Of a DNA stretch of 64,000 nt, positions 1 through 14,100 are shown in pieces. Origin of the DNA: Raillietiella orientalis (Eukaryota); NCBI GenBank assembly GCA_036172245.1, contig JAYWIR010000072.1:62001-126000 (forward strand), in the 5' to 3' direction. The position numbers were made by a program, and so were the translations under genes. A model generated the notes under the pieces. That model made no database searches. It saw only the letters and a program-made list of their open reading frames with translations, and was not told where the DNA came from. Position 1 is the stretch's first letter; each line of letters starts with the position of its first letter.

Positions 1-1561
1 TCGCGAAGAAGAGGTTGGCATCCATACTTCGCCCGGGAACAGCGTACGTCTGCTCCGAGCTAATTATGGAGTCTGCCACCTGTCCTAGACGCGAAGCCTA
101 CAGTCCAGCGATCAGCTTGGCGTCCGTATTCACGATTATGATCGGACGCCAATTGCCCAAGGATCTCAAGTCTCCTCCTTTCGGGAGGAGCCTCACACGG
201 GCTGACCGAAACGAGGCGGGAACGTCGCCTTCGTCTCGGATCAGCCCGGTCAACTAAAGCACCAGGGGTGCCAGCTCTGCCGTGAAACATTAAAAGATTT
301 CCGCAGGCAGGCCGTCCTCCCCTGGCGCCTTTCGCCTCTTGAGACTTTTAATACCAGCGAGAATTTCACCGGTAGAAAAAGGCTCGTCGAGGCTGATCTT
401 CTCCTCCTCCTTTATTGCCGGGGCTCCATCCGGGAGCAGGAGCCGCGAGACGTTCCGCTCTGGGGGTGCGCTAGCGTAGAGGGAGGAGTAATAACGTCGC
501 ACGAGGTGCCTGATCGCGGGTGGGGCGGATCGCTCCCGGCCCTGGTCGTCCAGCAAGCTGGCCGACCCGGATTGCCAGGCTTGGCGTTCGGCCCCGCTCG
601 ATATTCCGCGAGGCGACGGACATTCTGGGTCCTCTCGTACCGGCTGGCCTGTAGATAAGCCCGATGCTTCCGAGCCCCCTCCCCGAATCCGGGGGCAGGC
701 GGTGCAGCGGAAACTCCTCGCAGAACTCGCGGACCGAGGTCTTGAAGAGGTCCCAGTCTTGGAGACTGCGGTGGGTGACGCCTCTCAGGAATTCGCGAAG
801 GTGTTCTTTCGCACCTGAGAGCCGTGTCCAGTCCCCAGGCAGTCGCCACGCCCAGGACGGGGGTCCTTTGTCGCGCGGGCAAACCTCGGCGATGATCCTG
901 GAATGGTCCGACAGCGTCGACGCAACTTTTCCCCGTTTGCCGACCCGCGAGCACAGGTCGACATCCAGGAAGAAGTGATCGATGCTGCGGTCCATTCCCT
1001 CCGCGTCTGCCAACAAGTTGCGCGTGCGCATGGCAGCGCACAACTCGTTGGCCGTGCGTTCTTGTGCTTCGGGCTCACCTGACAGCAGACAGAGATTGAA
1101 GTCTCCAACTATCAGGTGTGCCTTCCGCACATTCGTGTCGGCCAGCCAATCGCGCTTCAGGGTTTCCAGCAGCCTGGTACGGTCGCTGTATCCCCCTTTT
1201 CCGCTCGAGGCGTACACTTTCGTGACGATCAATTCGATCGAGTCGGACCAGCTGAGAATCAGCTGACCGACCCGACCGTCGTCATCAAAGCGTACGCCCT
1301 TCACGGCAGCGTCGATGGCCGACTTGACGAAGAACGCGACCCCGCAGGTGTTGCGGGCGCCGCATCGCCAATGCAGTCGACTCCCCGCGATCGTCTTGAT
1401 TTCTTGCACGTCTGCCGAGGTGATCACGTGGATCTCCTGCAGCAGGGCCAGGTCGAAGTCGCGCAGGGTGTCGGACGTATCTCGTCTGTTGCCGTGGTCG
1501 CGCAGACCGTTGACGTTCCAATTGGCCACGCGGATTCGACGGCGACAGGCGAGCCCAGGTG
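1..1561 (-). pseudogene. ORF2 N-terminal part: APE endonuclease, linker and start of RT, frameshifted
   Basis: WNVNGL, LQEIH, GVAF, VYA, GDFN, IDH and SDH APE motifs; KAPGEDGLPAE; LPKGGDL..NWRPI on the minus strand. Confidence 0.9.
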
Positions 1562-3309
1562 TTATTCCTGGGAAATCGGCTGTGCGGCGTCCGCCACCTG
1601 TTGGGGCGGGACGCTAGGTGGAGGAGGAGGGACAGGTGCCTCTAGCACCTGGCCACCCTCTTCCATCGGTGACGGCGCGTCGGGTGATTCACCCTGAGGT
1701 GTGGTCGCGCCTACCTGATGGCCCTCCTCCATAGGGGTGGGCTCCTCAGGGTCCGCGACGGCAGGAGGGATTTCGCCCTTCTGCTCACCCTCCTCCATGG
1801 GGGTGTCCTGCTCGACGGCTTCCGCGCGTTGGAGCTCCCCCTCCGGGATTGCCACGCTGCCGGCGACTTCCTGCTTCTCCTCCTCGCTCGTAAAGGGGAG
1901 GCGCTTCCTCGGATTTTGGGACTTGCTTCCTGTCTTCCGGGGGGGTGCCTCCGAGGAGGCGGATGCACTTCCGGCTACCAGGTCGTACTCACCTGCGGAT
2001 GCCTTCTTCGGCGGAGCCGGCCTTCGCACGGCCTTGCGTGAGGGGTTCTCACACTCAGCCAGCGTGGCCGCGAGCTCCTCCGCCGCCTTCGCGAAGGCGG
2101 CGTCCTCGCCGGCGGCGAGCGCGTCGCGCGTCTCACCCTCTGTGTAAACAGAGGGTCCGCCGTCGCGAACCTCGGGCGCGGCGGAAGCGGCGAGTGGGGG
2201 CTCGTCGCCCCGGGTGGCAGCCTCGGGAACGCTGATGCGCTCCAGTGCTAGCACTCGCGGAGAGTTTTAGATCGCGGACCAGGTTTTTTCGCCTTCGCGA
2301 CCGACTTTTTCTCCGCCTTCTCTTGTGAACCCTTTTTGGGTTCTTTTCTGGCCTTTACCAGCGTCCATCCTTCTTCTTCGCCCGCGTCTTTCGCGGTTTT
2401 TTCCGCCGCTTTCTGGGTTGGAGGAGGAGGAGAAGGCTGCTGGGGCCGGCCATTTTCGCGATGAGGTCTTTCGACCTTATTCACCTTTTTCGCCTGTGCC
2501 TTTTTGGCAGCAGGTGGCACCGGGGTGGGGCGTTTAGGGCACACACGACGGACGTGTCCCTTTTCCCCGCACAAGTGGCACTCGATATTCGGGCTCCGCC
2601 TGCGCACATGCCCTACTGCATCGCAGTAGCCGCAATAGCGGGGTTTCCCCGCATACCAGAGGTCTACGGGCTCCTTCCCGACCTCCAGTTTGTGGCGTAA
2701 CCCAGCACCCTCGTTCACAGTGACACGCGCTGCTGCCTGGCCACCAAAGAGGCTGTTATAGCCGTCAAAAATGGTTGGCTTTGGCCACAGCGCGTGCACA
2801 TCTCCGTATTTTTTCAATTCCGCGTTCACCGCAGAGCGCGTCATGCGGTTCGTGATCCCCGTTAGATGGACCACTACGGAGCGGTCCATGCTAACGGGTA
2901 GGATCTTTCGGCCAGCCACATTCAGCGGGGTGTTGATGAGGCGCTGCGCTAGGGCTACCTCTTTGCAGACGACCTCCACGCGTTGCCACCCGCTGAGTAC
3001 GGCGAGGCCGTCAAGATCCTCCTCACGCACGGGGAATTCCTGTAGTGCCTTGCTAAAGGCACGCGCGGTGCGACCGTCGAACAGGTTTCCTACCTTATAA
3101 ACCAGGGATGGTTTATATCCGGAGGCCCTGTAGGCCGCTTGCTCAGCCAAGGTTTCCGCGCTCGGCGCAGCGACCATGGCGCTCCAGCTCCTCGTCTTGG
3201 GTGACAAGGGCGATTCCGGGGCGGGTGCCCCTGATTCTGTAGGTCGTGGGGGGGGGCTAGCCTCCCTCACGCCTACCTTCATCGTGGTGTCCTCTGGCAG
3301 CGATGCCAT
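1562..3309 (-). pseudogene. ORF1 (gag-like, CCHC zinc knuckles, acidic/Pro-rich tail), frameshift near 2250
   Basis: ORFs 2248..3339 and 1562..2254; YCGYCDAVGH and CHLCGEKGHVRRVC knuckles; PMEEG repeats in the tail. Confidence 0.85.
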
Positions 3310-3408
3310 CGGACACCAACGATGTGAAAAAGCACACACTGAACCAAAAAGCCGCTTTCCGCTGCTCGTTCGCGGAGCGCCCGAAAAACACGTCCGCTCT
3401 CGAGGAGA

Positions 3409-3888
3409 GGGATTTGGGGAGGGCCCGCGTAACGAAAGGTGCTATCTTCAGGCCCGACGTTACGCGAGAACCCCCGACATTCGCAGGTTAGCAGAGTATC
3501 GAGCGGCAGCCGAGAGGCAAGCCTGGCAATCCGGGTAGGCCAGCTTGCTGGACGACCAAGGCCGGGAGCACTCGGTTCCCGCTCAGAAACGCGGGATAGT
3601 GAGGAAATTTTACTCCTCCCTGTACGCCAGGGCGCCTCCGGAGCGAGACGTCTCACGACTTCTGCTTCCGGAAGGTGCTCCAGCCATCGGGGAGGAGGAG
3701 AAAAGAAACCTTGACGAGCCTTTCACGATGGACGAGATCCTCTCGGCCATCGGAAAGCTCAAGAGGCGGAAGGCTCCAGGGTAGGACGGCCTGCCCGCGG
3801 AGTTTTACCAAACTTTCGCGGCTGAGATTTCCCCCTGGTACAGCAACTCACCTTGCTGATGCGCGAAACAGGTGACGTTCCCACCTCG
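3409..3888 (+). pseudogene. ORF2 fragment (linker to RT domain 0) of a sibling family; host of element A1
   Basis: GFGEGPRNERCYLQARRY...LLDDQGRE...KRRKAPG*DGLP. Confidence 0.8.
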
Positions 3889-4323
3889 TCATAGCACTGA
3901 GCTCCTCTTCTTTCACATCGAGAGCGCGCATGCCTTTCGAAAAGGCGCGCGCGCACTCTAAGGAATAGAAATTGCCTACCTTGTAGAACAATGAGGGTTT
4001 GTACCCCTCCTCTACATATGCCGACAATTCCGCCGCGGCTGCAGGCGATAGCGCCGACACAGCAGCGCTCTACGCCCGCGCTGCAGCGGGTACCGATTCT
4101 GTGGGGGCGGATGCCCCAACCTCCATCGCCTCTGGGGGCGACGTTGCCGTCGCCCTTTGCCTCTCCATCGCCTCTGGGGGAGGCCTTGCCGCTGCCCCCT
4201 GGCCATCCCTGGTGGTCGCGTCAGGCATCGCTTCCTGATCGACCGCCGAGCCACACAACGCTTGCACTGTGGGAGACTTCCTGGCACGAGGAGCACCGAG
4301 AAAACACGTCCACACTTAGCACG
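3889..4323 (-). mobile_element. 5' end and ORF1 N-terminus of a family D/F-type element
   Basis: GGACGTG at 4305-4311 (-); GYKPSLFYKVGNFYS is homologous to the other ORF1 N-termini. Confidence 0.75.
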
Positions 4324-6537
4324 CGAGGCGGTCGACTGCGTAAACCAGAAGCTCCTCTTGTAGCTTCTGGAACTTCTTGGATTTCCGGCGCATCTTCTGC
4401 TTTACTTGCGCGCTAGCGGACGCCACCTGCTCACCTGTATTTCTATTAGCGGCTGCCGTATGTACGGTGTTCTTGTAGGCACAGGCATTCGATAAGGTGA
4501 AACCTTTAGCTTCTTACTCTTCAGCACCTTCTTTTTGTTGGTGCTTGGAGCATACAGGCTCACGCTGCCTCACTTGCCAAGCTCCTGCCCGGGAACGTCT
4601 GCCGTGGCCGCCTCAGCTGATGACCTGCTTCTTCTGCTCCTTATGTCCACCCTGGCGTCCAGTGTCGAGGATTTCCTCGACCTGATTTGTCGGGGAGCGG
4701 GCGTGAGCGGAAACAGAGAGAAGAGCGTGGTCGTTCCTGTGGGTATGTCGAGGGATGGGTAGTCCGACTGGATCCGCCTAGGGATCCCCACGGGAGGGTA
4801 CTTTAAGTACCTTGGCGTTCCGTTGGGCGCTCTGGGCGCAGCCGAAACTCTGCTTTTCTGGAGACAGCTGTACTGTCTCCAGAAAGCAGAGTTGGTCATC
4901 AACCCGTTCTTTAACGGCAAGTTTCCCTTGCAGGAACGGGCGACTATTTGGAACACCTTTGTGGCCCCCCTCTTCCTTTCCCTGTTTTTTGTTTTAAACA
5001 CCCCTATGCGGCGAAAGAGAGGGCTACACGCCTGCTGAGGGACGCTCTCTGGGGTCCAACAAGATCCAGGATCCGCCTTAAAGATTTGTTAGCTCCGCGT
5101 CGGGATGCTGGTTTGGGTATCTTGACAATGGAGCGAATCGGACTGCAGGTGCAGTTCCGACTGCTGGCACTGTGTGCCCAGCTATGGACATCCCCCCTGT
5201 GTGTGCCAGCCCGCATTCTCCTACGGAGATGCACCGGCAGCGGAAAACTGCTCTCGCTTTTGCCGAGCACCTAGTACAAGAAGTGAGGTTTCGGGTTTCC
5301 ATTGCGGCAGTTGACCGCACTTCTGGAAGCTCACTCGTGGATCTCCTGACGCCCAATGAACTTTGAAGCTTGGCGGAAGGAGTCTGTCGAATCCTGAGCA
5401 GCGTTCCAAGGAATGCGCTCTGAAGATCTTTGCTTACTGCGGCATCTCCTTCCGCGATCTTTGGAAGAAGAACTGCAGGACGTGGTGAAGTTTTCTACCC
5501 TGGCTGCCACGCTTCTCACCGCAGAGCTGTCTGCCCTCAGGGCAAGAAACGACAGTTACCAACCGGCGAGGTGGGAGGTTTGCTGCTCGATAGCGGGGAA
5601 AACAAAACTCCTTGGCGCCTAGAAGACGAGTGATTTGGCGGACGCCGCCACTTTTAGTTGTACTTCAAAGGGACTTCTCCGGTGGGCAGAAGAACTTGCT
5701 GTCACCCCCGAAGAACTTGTAGTCCCTTTACAGTGTGTAGACAGTTCGCTGCTCCCCCGTGCTTAAAAACAAGCCGTGCGTTTTATCGTTCACTGGGGTT
5801 TTCAGTGCAACGAGGGTTGCTTTCGATACTCCTAGGGAGTTGCATCTGCCTACTGCGTCCGGTGCTGGTCGACGGAGTCGATTCCGCACCTACCTCTGAA
5901 CTCCGTTGTCCTACAAGGACTGTAGCGTAGGCTGGCAACAGCACTAATGCATCCCGTGGACACGGCAAGAGACTTGCTGCGACGATTCTTCACGCCGAGC
6001 GGGCTGTCCCTAAGCGCAAGGATTGCAACCATCGGTTGCATACGCGCGATAGTTTCGGTCCGCCAGGCGTTGGTAATCAACAACCAGCATCAAGAGGTAA
6101 TCAGCAAAACATCCTTTTACATGGAAGCATATGCTAGATGGCCTCATTTGACAGAGGAGACCAGAAGGAATCTCGCCGCAATACACCGCCGGTTTACACA
6201 CCCTCAGCAGCGGCCAACCCGGTGATCATTGTCCTACCCTCCATAAACTAATTTTGTATTTTCTTTTTACACCCGCGTCCCCATAGGCTCCGGAACATTT
6301 GAGGTGCTCATCGTTTAAATCCCCGTGAGTACGGAGCCTAACCAAAAACCCTTTTCCCTTCTCTCCAGTTTTTGATTTTTGTTTGTTTCCCCTCATTCCC
6401 CCACGCTGCGAGCGGTTTGTTTACCAGGCCTGCGTGCCGGTAATTTTTTTATGTTCGCTGTCGTTCTGTTGGTTGAGGACATTGTCCCTGACCAGTTTAT
6501 TATTATTAATGAACGCCCCGGCGTGACCGGGTGATAA
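4324..6537 (+). mobile_element. 3' half of a family C element (RT from the KAFD motif, C-terminal domain, 3' UTR, terminal hairpin)
   Basis: Collinear with 21515-23718; many stops and frameshifts; ends in AATGAACGCCCCGGCGTGACCGGGTG. Confidence 0.85.
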
Positions 6538-6880
6538 ATTTCAATCTCGGTCTGCTAACAGGTGAGCCAGAAACACAAGAGGACGCGATGAACCAGTTGT
6601 GCGCCGCCATGCGTGCGCGCAACTGGTTCGCAGGTGACAGAGGAATGGTCCGCAGCATCGACCACGTCTTTTTCGACGCTGACCTGTGTTCACAAGTCGG
6701 CAAACGGGGGAGGGTTGCGTCGACGTTGTCGGACCAATCCCGGTTAATTTTCGAGATGTGGCCTCGCGACCAAGGACCGCCATCCAGGGATTGGCGTCTG
6801 CTGGGGGACTGGACGCGACTCTCAGGTGCGAAGGAACACCTTCGCGAACACCTTAGAGGCATCACGCTCCGGAATCTCCA
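6538..6880 (+). pseudogene. Host ORF2 fragment: APE C-terminal half from (D)FN to TLRNL
   Basis: FNLGLLTGEPE...SIDHVFFD...LSD; paralogous to 23719-24061. Confidence 0.8.
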
Positions 6881-6962
6881 TTCAAACCCGGGTGCGCCGG
6901 GACGTTTATTCTCACGGATAAACCTATACAATCTGTGACTGCACCAGTAGTCTGGACCAGTA
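6881..6962 (-). mobile_element. 3' tip of a family F element
   Basis: Terminal hairpin motif at 6886-6910 (-); matches 24062-24135. Confidence 0.75.
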
Positions 6963-6974
6963 GTAAAATCGTTT

Positions 6975-7765
6975 ACCAACAGAAGAAGAAGGAGCAGGGT
7001 AGCGCGATAATTAAAGAGTGCAGCGTCGTTGTCGAACGCGTTCTCGATGCTGCCGAACGCTGCTGAAAAGAACTCGCCGCTACCGACGACCTCCTTTCTC
7101 TTGACACAGTCAACAGCGAGGGAGGCGAGCCGGCGGCGGCGTCCGTCATCGACACCACCATCGAAGACGTAGCCTTCGCGCGAGCCGCGGAGGAGCTGGC
7201 ATTTTCCTTGCAGCCAGAACCCTCCAAGGCTGGCAAGAAGGACGTAAGGCGTCCGGCCTCCCCTCAGGAGTCCCCCACTTCCGACCCCGAGGTGGAGGCG
7301 GGAAGCGCAGCCTCCGTTTCCACGGCACCGCGCAAGAAGGCTGGACGTAAGTCCACAAAGCCAAGGAAGCTCGTCTCCCCCCTCTAAGGGGAGAGATGGC
7401 TTCCGCAAGCGAGGGTGCCATGAGCGTGGGAAACTCTCGGGAACCGTCGTCCGAGAGACTCCCAGGCGCGGACATGGAGGAGATGGAGGGGGTGGAGGCC
7501 GAACAGGTGCCTCAGGTGCCTGGGAAGGCCGAAACCACCATGGACATCCCGCCCGCCTTGCAAGAGGAGGGTTCCCCCACACCTTAATCTTCCCAGCAGT
7601 AATGCCGGGAATCTCCTCCCGCCGTCGTATGCGCATCGCCGTTTGGAACGTCAACGGCATGACAGACGCCGGCAGGAGACGAGACATGGCCGCCCTTCTG
7701 GAGTCCTACGACCTTGCGCTGCTGCAGGAGATCCACGTGATCTCTGCAGAACAAGCGCAAGAGAT
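6975..7765 (+). mobile_element. Family D fragment: ORF1 C-terminus, TAATG junction, start of APE
   Basis: TAATG at 7600-7604, then MPGISSRRRMRIAVWNVNG...LQEIHVIS. Confidence 0.8.
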
Positions 7766-10700
7766 TTCTCACCCGGTCACGCCGGGGCGTTTATTCCACA
7801 TAACATAACATAAAAAAGCAATTATACAAAATAAACCAGTTCGAAACCAAACTCCCAACCGACAACTGGACAACAATGAAGAGAATATTGCTGGCACGCA
7901 GGCCAGAGTAACAGGTTTGTGGACGGTGTGGGGGGCGGAAAACACATAGAAACCAAAATAAAATAAAAAAAAATGAATAAGGAGGACGGGATAAGGGTCT
8001 TTGGGTTTGCTCTGGAAAACAGGGGGATAAAAGCATGGGCATTGGAAATTTTACCGAGCGAACGGGGACGGGGTATGAGTGGGCGAGAGGTCGCAGGGGT
8101 CACCGAATTACGCCGTTCTCAAAGGTTTGTAAACCGGCTATGTATGCCGGTGATGTCCTCATTCACCTTGTCACGAAGATGAGACCACCTTGAAGCCTTC
8201 CTCATGAATATAGCTGCAAGCAGGTGAGCCTCCCTTCGCTGCGCTGACAACTCCAGGGCGTAGCGGGCCGTCACGATGGCGCGAACGCAACACATGGTTG
8301 CGACAATCGCGCCAACCGAAAGTCCATTTCTGCTGAAAAAGCGCCGCAGCACATGAATGGCAGTGCCTCCTTGTGGCATAATGGCCGAAGTGGGCCTTCG
8401 CCACAGTTCCCGGAGGTCAACGCAGTCCAGCAAAAGGTGCGGAAAAGACTCGATCTCTCCGCACCTCAAACAGTTTGGCAAAGCAGCTCCCCCGGAAACG
8501 ATGCTTCGCTGTCTATTACAGTGTAATGCACAATGTAAAATAAGCAGCACATCTTGTTTCCACTTGAGGGAAAACACTGAGCTGTCCAAACAAACGGGGA
8601 GATCCACTATCTCTCCGTGGGGCACACTTAAATGTTCGCTCTGCCGATGCAGACCCTTCGCCCGATTCCGAGGTGTGGAGGCTTGAATCAGTTCCTTTGA
8701 CGTCCAGCTGCCGAGGAGCTTACTGACTCCCGCTATTTTGCAGGAGAACTCCTATTCCGTCGGTAGGCAACCGTCGTTGCTTGCCCTGAAAGCAGACAGC
8801 GCTTCGGCGAGTGGTGTGGTGGCCAGACGATCCGACAACTTCTTGTCCTGCATGAGTTCGTCCATTTGATGACTGAGGAGAAGTCGCAGGCGTCGAAGAT
8901 CTTTCGGCCGCGTTCCTTTGGAAGCTGCCCACGATGAAAAAGATTCCAGCCGCCATGCATTAATGTTCATGGGGCGGCAGGAGATCCAGCTTTGGGCTTC
9001 CAGCAGTGAGGACAGCTGCCTCAGCGGGAAGGCAAACCCTATTCTGGTGTGCCGAAAGTGGGGTAGCAACGAAAGCAGTCCCTCGCTTCCCGTGCAGCGC
9101 CTCAGTATAAGGCGTGCGGGTAAGCACCACGGCGTACACCACAGCTTAAAACAGAGCCGCAGCATGCGGAACTGCACCTGCAGTTCGATGCTGTTTACGT
9201 CGAGGATGCGCAAGCCTGCATCCAGACGCGGCGCCACCAAATCTTTAAGTCTAACACGGGATCTTATAGCGCCCCACAACGCTTTGCGTAGAAGGCGCTG
9301 CGTTCAGAATTTGACTTCCTGGGGGGGTGGACAAACAGCAAACAGAAGGGGGAGGAGGGGGGCAACGAAGGTGTTTTAGATACAGGCTCGTTCCGGCAAG
9401 ACGAACTCGCCTCCTGAAAACGGGCCAAGTGCACGCTCTGCCTCCCGAAGGCAGTCCGACCACGCTTCTGAGATGCAGAAGTCGCCGAACGGCACGCCAA
9501 GGTACCTGAGGTACCTGTCCGCGGGAATCCCCAGGTCGATCCAGTCGGACTGCCCCTCCCACGTCGTACCCACCGGAACAACCATACACTTACTCCTGTT
9601 AACGCTCACGCCCGCACCGCGACGAATCAACTCAAAGAAGCCTTCAAGCGATGTTGCCGGGGTGGACATAGGCAACAGGAGAAGCACGTCGTCGGCATGG
9701 GCTGCCACGGCCGGCGTACCTTGACAGGAGCTCGGCAGGTTGGCTAGCGTCAGCCTGGAAGCCACCAGCACCAATTCAAAATAGATGCTGAAGAGCAGTG
9801 GGCTTAAGCTGTCACCCTGCCTAATTCCTCGTCCTAACGGCACGCCGTACACGCGACAGCCACTGAAAACAATAGTTGTAATCGCGTGGCGCCAGCAGGA
9901 GCGCAAGTATGCCAACAGGGATGCCGGAAGACCCAGAAGTTCCAAAAGCTCAAGAAGAAGCTTTTCGTTCACGCAATCGAAAGCTTTGTGCAGATAGCCT
10001 GCAACCGTCAAGGCTCCCGGTGTCTCCCTTGGCGTCCCGCGCCTCCTTCGGTGAGAGATCAAAGGCGTTGCTTCCGCACGACGATCCACCGCCACACGAT
10101 GCTGCAATTGCAGCCATGCGCTGATGAACAAGAGATTCGCGTTCATGGACCGCCTAGGAACAGTGTTCGTCTGCTCCGGACTTACCAAGGATACCGCGAT
10201 CCTACCCATCCGCGCCAACCAAAGTTTCGAGAACAACTTGACGTCCGAATTTACTAATGTGATCGGACGCCACTTGTTCAGTTGGCGCAAATCTCCCCTT
10301 TTCGGCAGAAGACGCACCTTCGCTAAGCGAAACGAGGCGTGGACATCGCCCCAGTCTCGCATCAGCGACGAGAGTTGGAGCACTAGGGGAGTGAGCTTCG
10401 CCGAAAAACACTGAAAGAATTCCGCGGGGAGCCCATCTTCGCCTGGCGCTTTTCGTCTCTTGAGCCCCGAGATGGCCGAGGAAATTTCCTCTGCCGTGAA
10501 GGGCTCATTGAGACGCGCGCGTTCCTCCTCGTCTACAACAGGTGCATCGATCGGCAGAAGCAGCCGGGAGAGGTTGCGTTCCGTCGGTACCTCTGCATAC
10601 AGAGAAGCGTAATAGCGCCTGAATAATCGTCGCTCGTCGGTTGGAGCCGAGCATTCCCGGTCCTGGTCGTCAAGCAGAACTGTCGCATCTGACTGCCAGA

Positions 10701-11102
10701 CGTGGCGCTCGCCCTTGGCCTTGTACTCGGATAATCGACCAACGTCCGCGCGCCTGGAAAAGGAGCGGGCCTGCAGAAAATCTCTGCTGTCTGCTACGCC
10801 CTCTCCGAAGCCGCGCGGAAGCTGGTGCGAGCGAAACCGGCAGCAGAACTCGCTTACTGATCTTTTCAGATCCTCCCAGTCCTCGAGCTTACTTATGGCA
10901 AAGCCGAAGAGGTACTGGCGAAGCTGTTCAGCCGCCTCCGGGTGGCTTAGCAAGTCTACCGGCATCCTCCAAAAACAGTTTGGAGGCCCCTTGCTTGGCA
11001 GCAGCAACTCGAACTCGAGCCTGTTGTGGTCTGAAAGCACGGACGGCACGGGACCTCTCCGACCCACTCGACAGAGCAAGTGTTCACCAAGGTATACGTG
11101 GT
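7766..11102 (-). mobile_element. Family E copy 1: ORF2 from the end of APE through RT and CCHC domain, 3' UTR, terminal hairpin
   Basis: ORF 9376..11229 has KAPGEDG, WRPITL, HKAFD, GIRQGDSLSP, AHADD and YLG; CLRCGEIESFPHLLLDC; 3' motif at 7770-7795 (-). Confidence 0.9.
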
Positions 11103-14100
11103 ACGGCGTTGCTGCCATAACAGTGTCGCGGGCGTCCAGGCGGTTCAGGACGAGACGCCATCTTGTTCGGCTGGGGCGGCGCAGCCCTTTTCCTATGCGT
11201 TCGTGGCGGCTGGACAAGCGAGTGTCCACCCACTAGGAAAATTCGTGAAGCCGCTATGCGGTAAATTCCAAAAGCTGGATCGGCCGATCGTGGAGTTAGG
11301 GCCGAATGTGAAGCTTATCATTTTCAAGACTGGGCTGATCAAGTTTAATAATATCAGGGAGGTGTGTCTGTCCCTCGATAAAAAGGACATGAATTTTGAT
11401 TGCATACAGGCGATCATACCAGCTAACAACGGGTTCACAGTCTTCACAGACTGTGAAAAGACTAGAGAGCGATTGATCCAGAAGGGGATCAATATACAAG
11501 GGAGGATGGTTTGTGGTGTTGGCGAGATGCCATACACAACCGTGTTTCTGAACAACATCTCCATCGTCACACCGTAACTAAGATTTGGAAGTTTTTGGAG
11601 CAGTATGGGGAAGTTCTGGACCTTGAATTCCAGAACTTCTCTGGAAATATATTTTCTGGCGACATGATCGCCAAAATGAAGTTAAAAGAGGGAGCTGTGA
11701 TCCCTGGATTAGCCGTTCTTGACGAACAATCCCAGGGAGTGAACGTGCGTTACCGGCAACAACCGATATTCTGCACCGGGTGCAAGCAGTTCGGCCACAA
11801 AGCCGGAACTTGCCCAACGTGTCGTTGTTTCCGGTGCGGCAAAGTAGGACATCAAGTCCGAAAGTGCCCGCAGCCGGAGGTGTTCAACTTTTGCAAGAAA
11901 CACGGACATGCGAAATGGAGCTGTCCGGAGATTGCAAACTGCAGAAGGATTCCAGGTCTCTCTCCCGTGAGAGAGAGAAGCACCAAGGAGGCGGAACAGC
12001 CTCAGAAGGCAGGAAGGCCGAAGTAGGTGAGAAAAGCCGTCCCGGTATCGGAAGACGGCTTCATACAGGTAGGGAAGAAAGGAAAGAGGAAGATGCTCGT
12101 CAAGGAGCAAGAAACTTCTCTAATCCTACAAGGTGAAGAGTAAGAAGGCGACAAGATGAAGGTAGTGCAAGAATACGCGAAAGAAGAAATAGCCGAAGCC
12201 ACTCCGGTGTCGCAGGAGGCCCTGCAATCTACCGAGGAGTTGGCATCACTGGCTAATAAAGTCCAAGATGTGCAGAGCGGTCACCAGCGAGAGAAAATCT
12301 TGCAGAAGATCTGCAATGCACAAGAGTAGGTCAACCAGGTTGTGGAGGTCACCGAGCGCCAGAAGCTAGAAGAACAGCTTCTCGACGTAAAGGCGAACTT
12401 CTGCGCCAAGGTCGAAATAGAGGCGCTATCTCGAAAATTGATCGCGCGGGCCGAACACTCGACGGAGGAGCCGTAAGTAACCAACCTCACCGGAACAGAG
12501 AGTGACGCCGGCAGCAAGAAGCCGGCTGCTTCTTCATCGTCTGGAAGAGCACGCTCTCTCAGACAGAAGAAGCTCAGGAAGGCCAAGAAATAAGTCCTCC
12601 CCTTTCAGGGCCTCTTCTCTATCGACCGCCAGGAGGCTGAACATCTCCTCCTGGAATGTAAACGCTGTGGTCGACCAGGGAAAAAGAAAAAGGATTGTGC
12701 GGACCATCGCACGAAAAGACATAGTGTGCCTGCAGGAGACCCACAAGATGGGTCTCGAGATTAGTCAGCAAATGGAACAGCGATTCAACGGGCAGATTTT
12801 CGTCGGCAAGAAAGAACGGAACACGCAAGGTGTGGCGGTCCTAATAAGGAACAACTTGGCTTCCACTCTTCTGGAAGTGTTCTGTCCCCAAACCGGACGA
12901 ATCATCGGCGTGCGACTGGCCTGGTCCGCTACTGTTTGCCTCATCCTGGTGAACGTGTACGGGACGCACAGGCTAAAACATCGTTGTGCGGAGGCGCTGC
13001 ATGCAGCACTCCGTGAAAAGGTTACTTCCAAGGACGTCGTGATTGTTGCTGGCGATCTCAACATATTGGATCAGATCATTTACTCCGAAGACGCCAGAGG
13101 AAGGACGGCGTATCGGCGCTTATCCGACGAGTTCGGACTGGTGAGGCGAACTACAAGTCACAAGCCGATCGATCACGTCCTGCACAGCACGGAACTTGGG
13201 AATCGCATCCAGCGTTTTCGAGACATTATGACCACGGTGTCCGATCACCCCCTGGTGCGGTTTTCCCTAAGAACGGAGAATCCTCTGCAAAGGCAAGGAA
13301 CCAGGGCGGCGCTCATCAGCATGCCCGCCTGGTTCGAAACCCATCATGGACATCAGGCTGTCCTGGAGACGATTCTGAAGGCAACAACAATCCGAAGAGT
13401 CGCCGACTGGGACAGCCTGAAACACAGGATACACCTGTTTGCAAACATGCAGTTTGGAGATAGGCGCTTGAGGCAGGAGGCGTACCGGGAGCTGAACATC
13501 CAAGATCGCTCACTCTCAAAGTACTTCGATCAGTACGAGAGTTGGAACGTCTTCAAGAACATAAAAGGGGAAGTCGGCGTGCTGGAGAACAGAAATCTGG
13601 CAACAGATATCTTCTGCATCCAGTACGACGGTCAAAAGCCACAGTCCCCTGAGGACATCGTGGATGCCTTTCAAAGGCATTACACGAAACACTTCAGGCG
13701 ACAACATCTCTGTCGCTCTAGTCAACAGGCTTTTCTGAGCTACCTCGAGAAGAGGATCGACGATCTCCAGCGGAACAGACTGGAGGAGGAATTCTCCGAA
13801 GACGAGGTAAAGACTGCGTTTGGTCAACTACGCAAGGACGTGGCAGCGGGCCCTGACAGCGTACCCATCACTCACTATCAGCGGTACTTGCATGCCTACC
13901 TGCGTTTGTTCCACCAGTTGATTCTCGGCATCCGCGAAGAAGAAAGACTTCCACAGTCCTTCTACGAGATTCGGATGAGATTGTTGCCAAAAGAAGGCGA
14001 CTCTACCCAGATCGCCCAATGGAGGCCAATCTCGATCCTGAACTCCGATGCCAAGTGGTTGGCGAAGATCTGATCCAACCGCTTAGGCAAGGTCATGTCG

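Larger units (their letters stand above)
1..3408 (-). mobile_element. Tx1/L1-type non-LTR retrotransposon, family A copy 1 (5' end present; runs off the left edge)
   Basis: 5' motif GGACGTG at 3389-3395 (-), then ORF1 with zinc knuckles, then APE and RT N-terminal motifs on the minus strand. Confidence 0.9.

Noticed and set aside
6538..6880. Independent second insertion of C at GDFN
   Set aside because: It lies in a block duplicated with 21515-24135, so it cannot be counted as independent.
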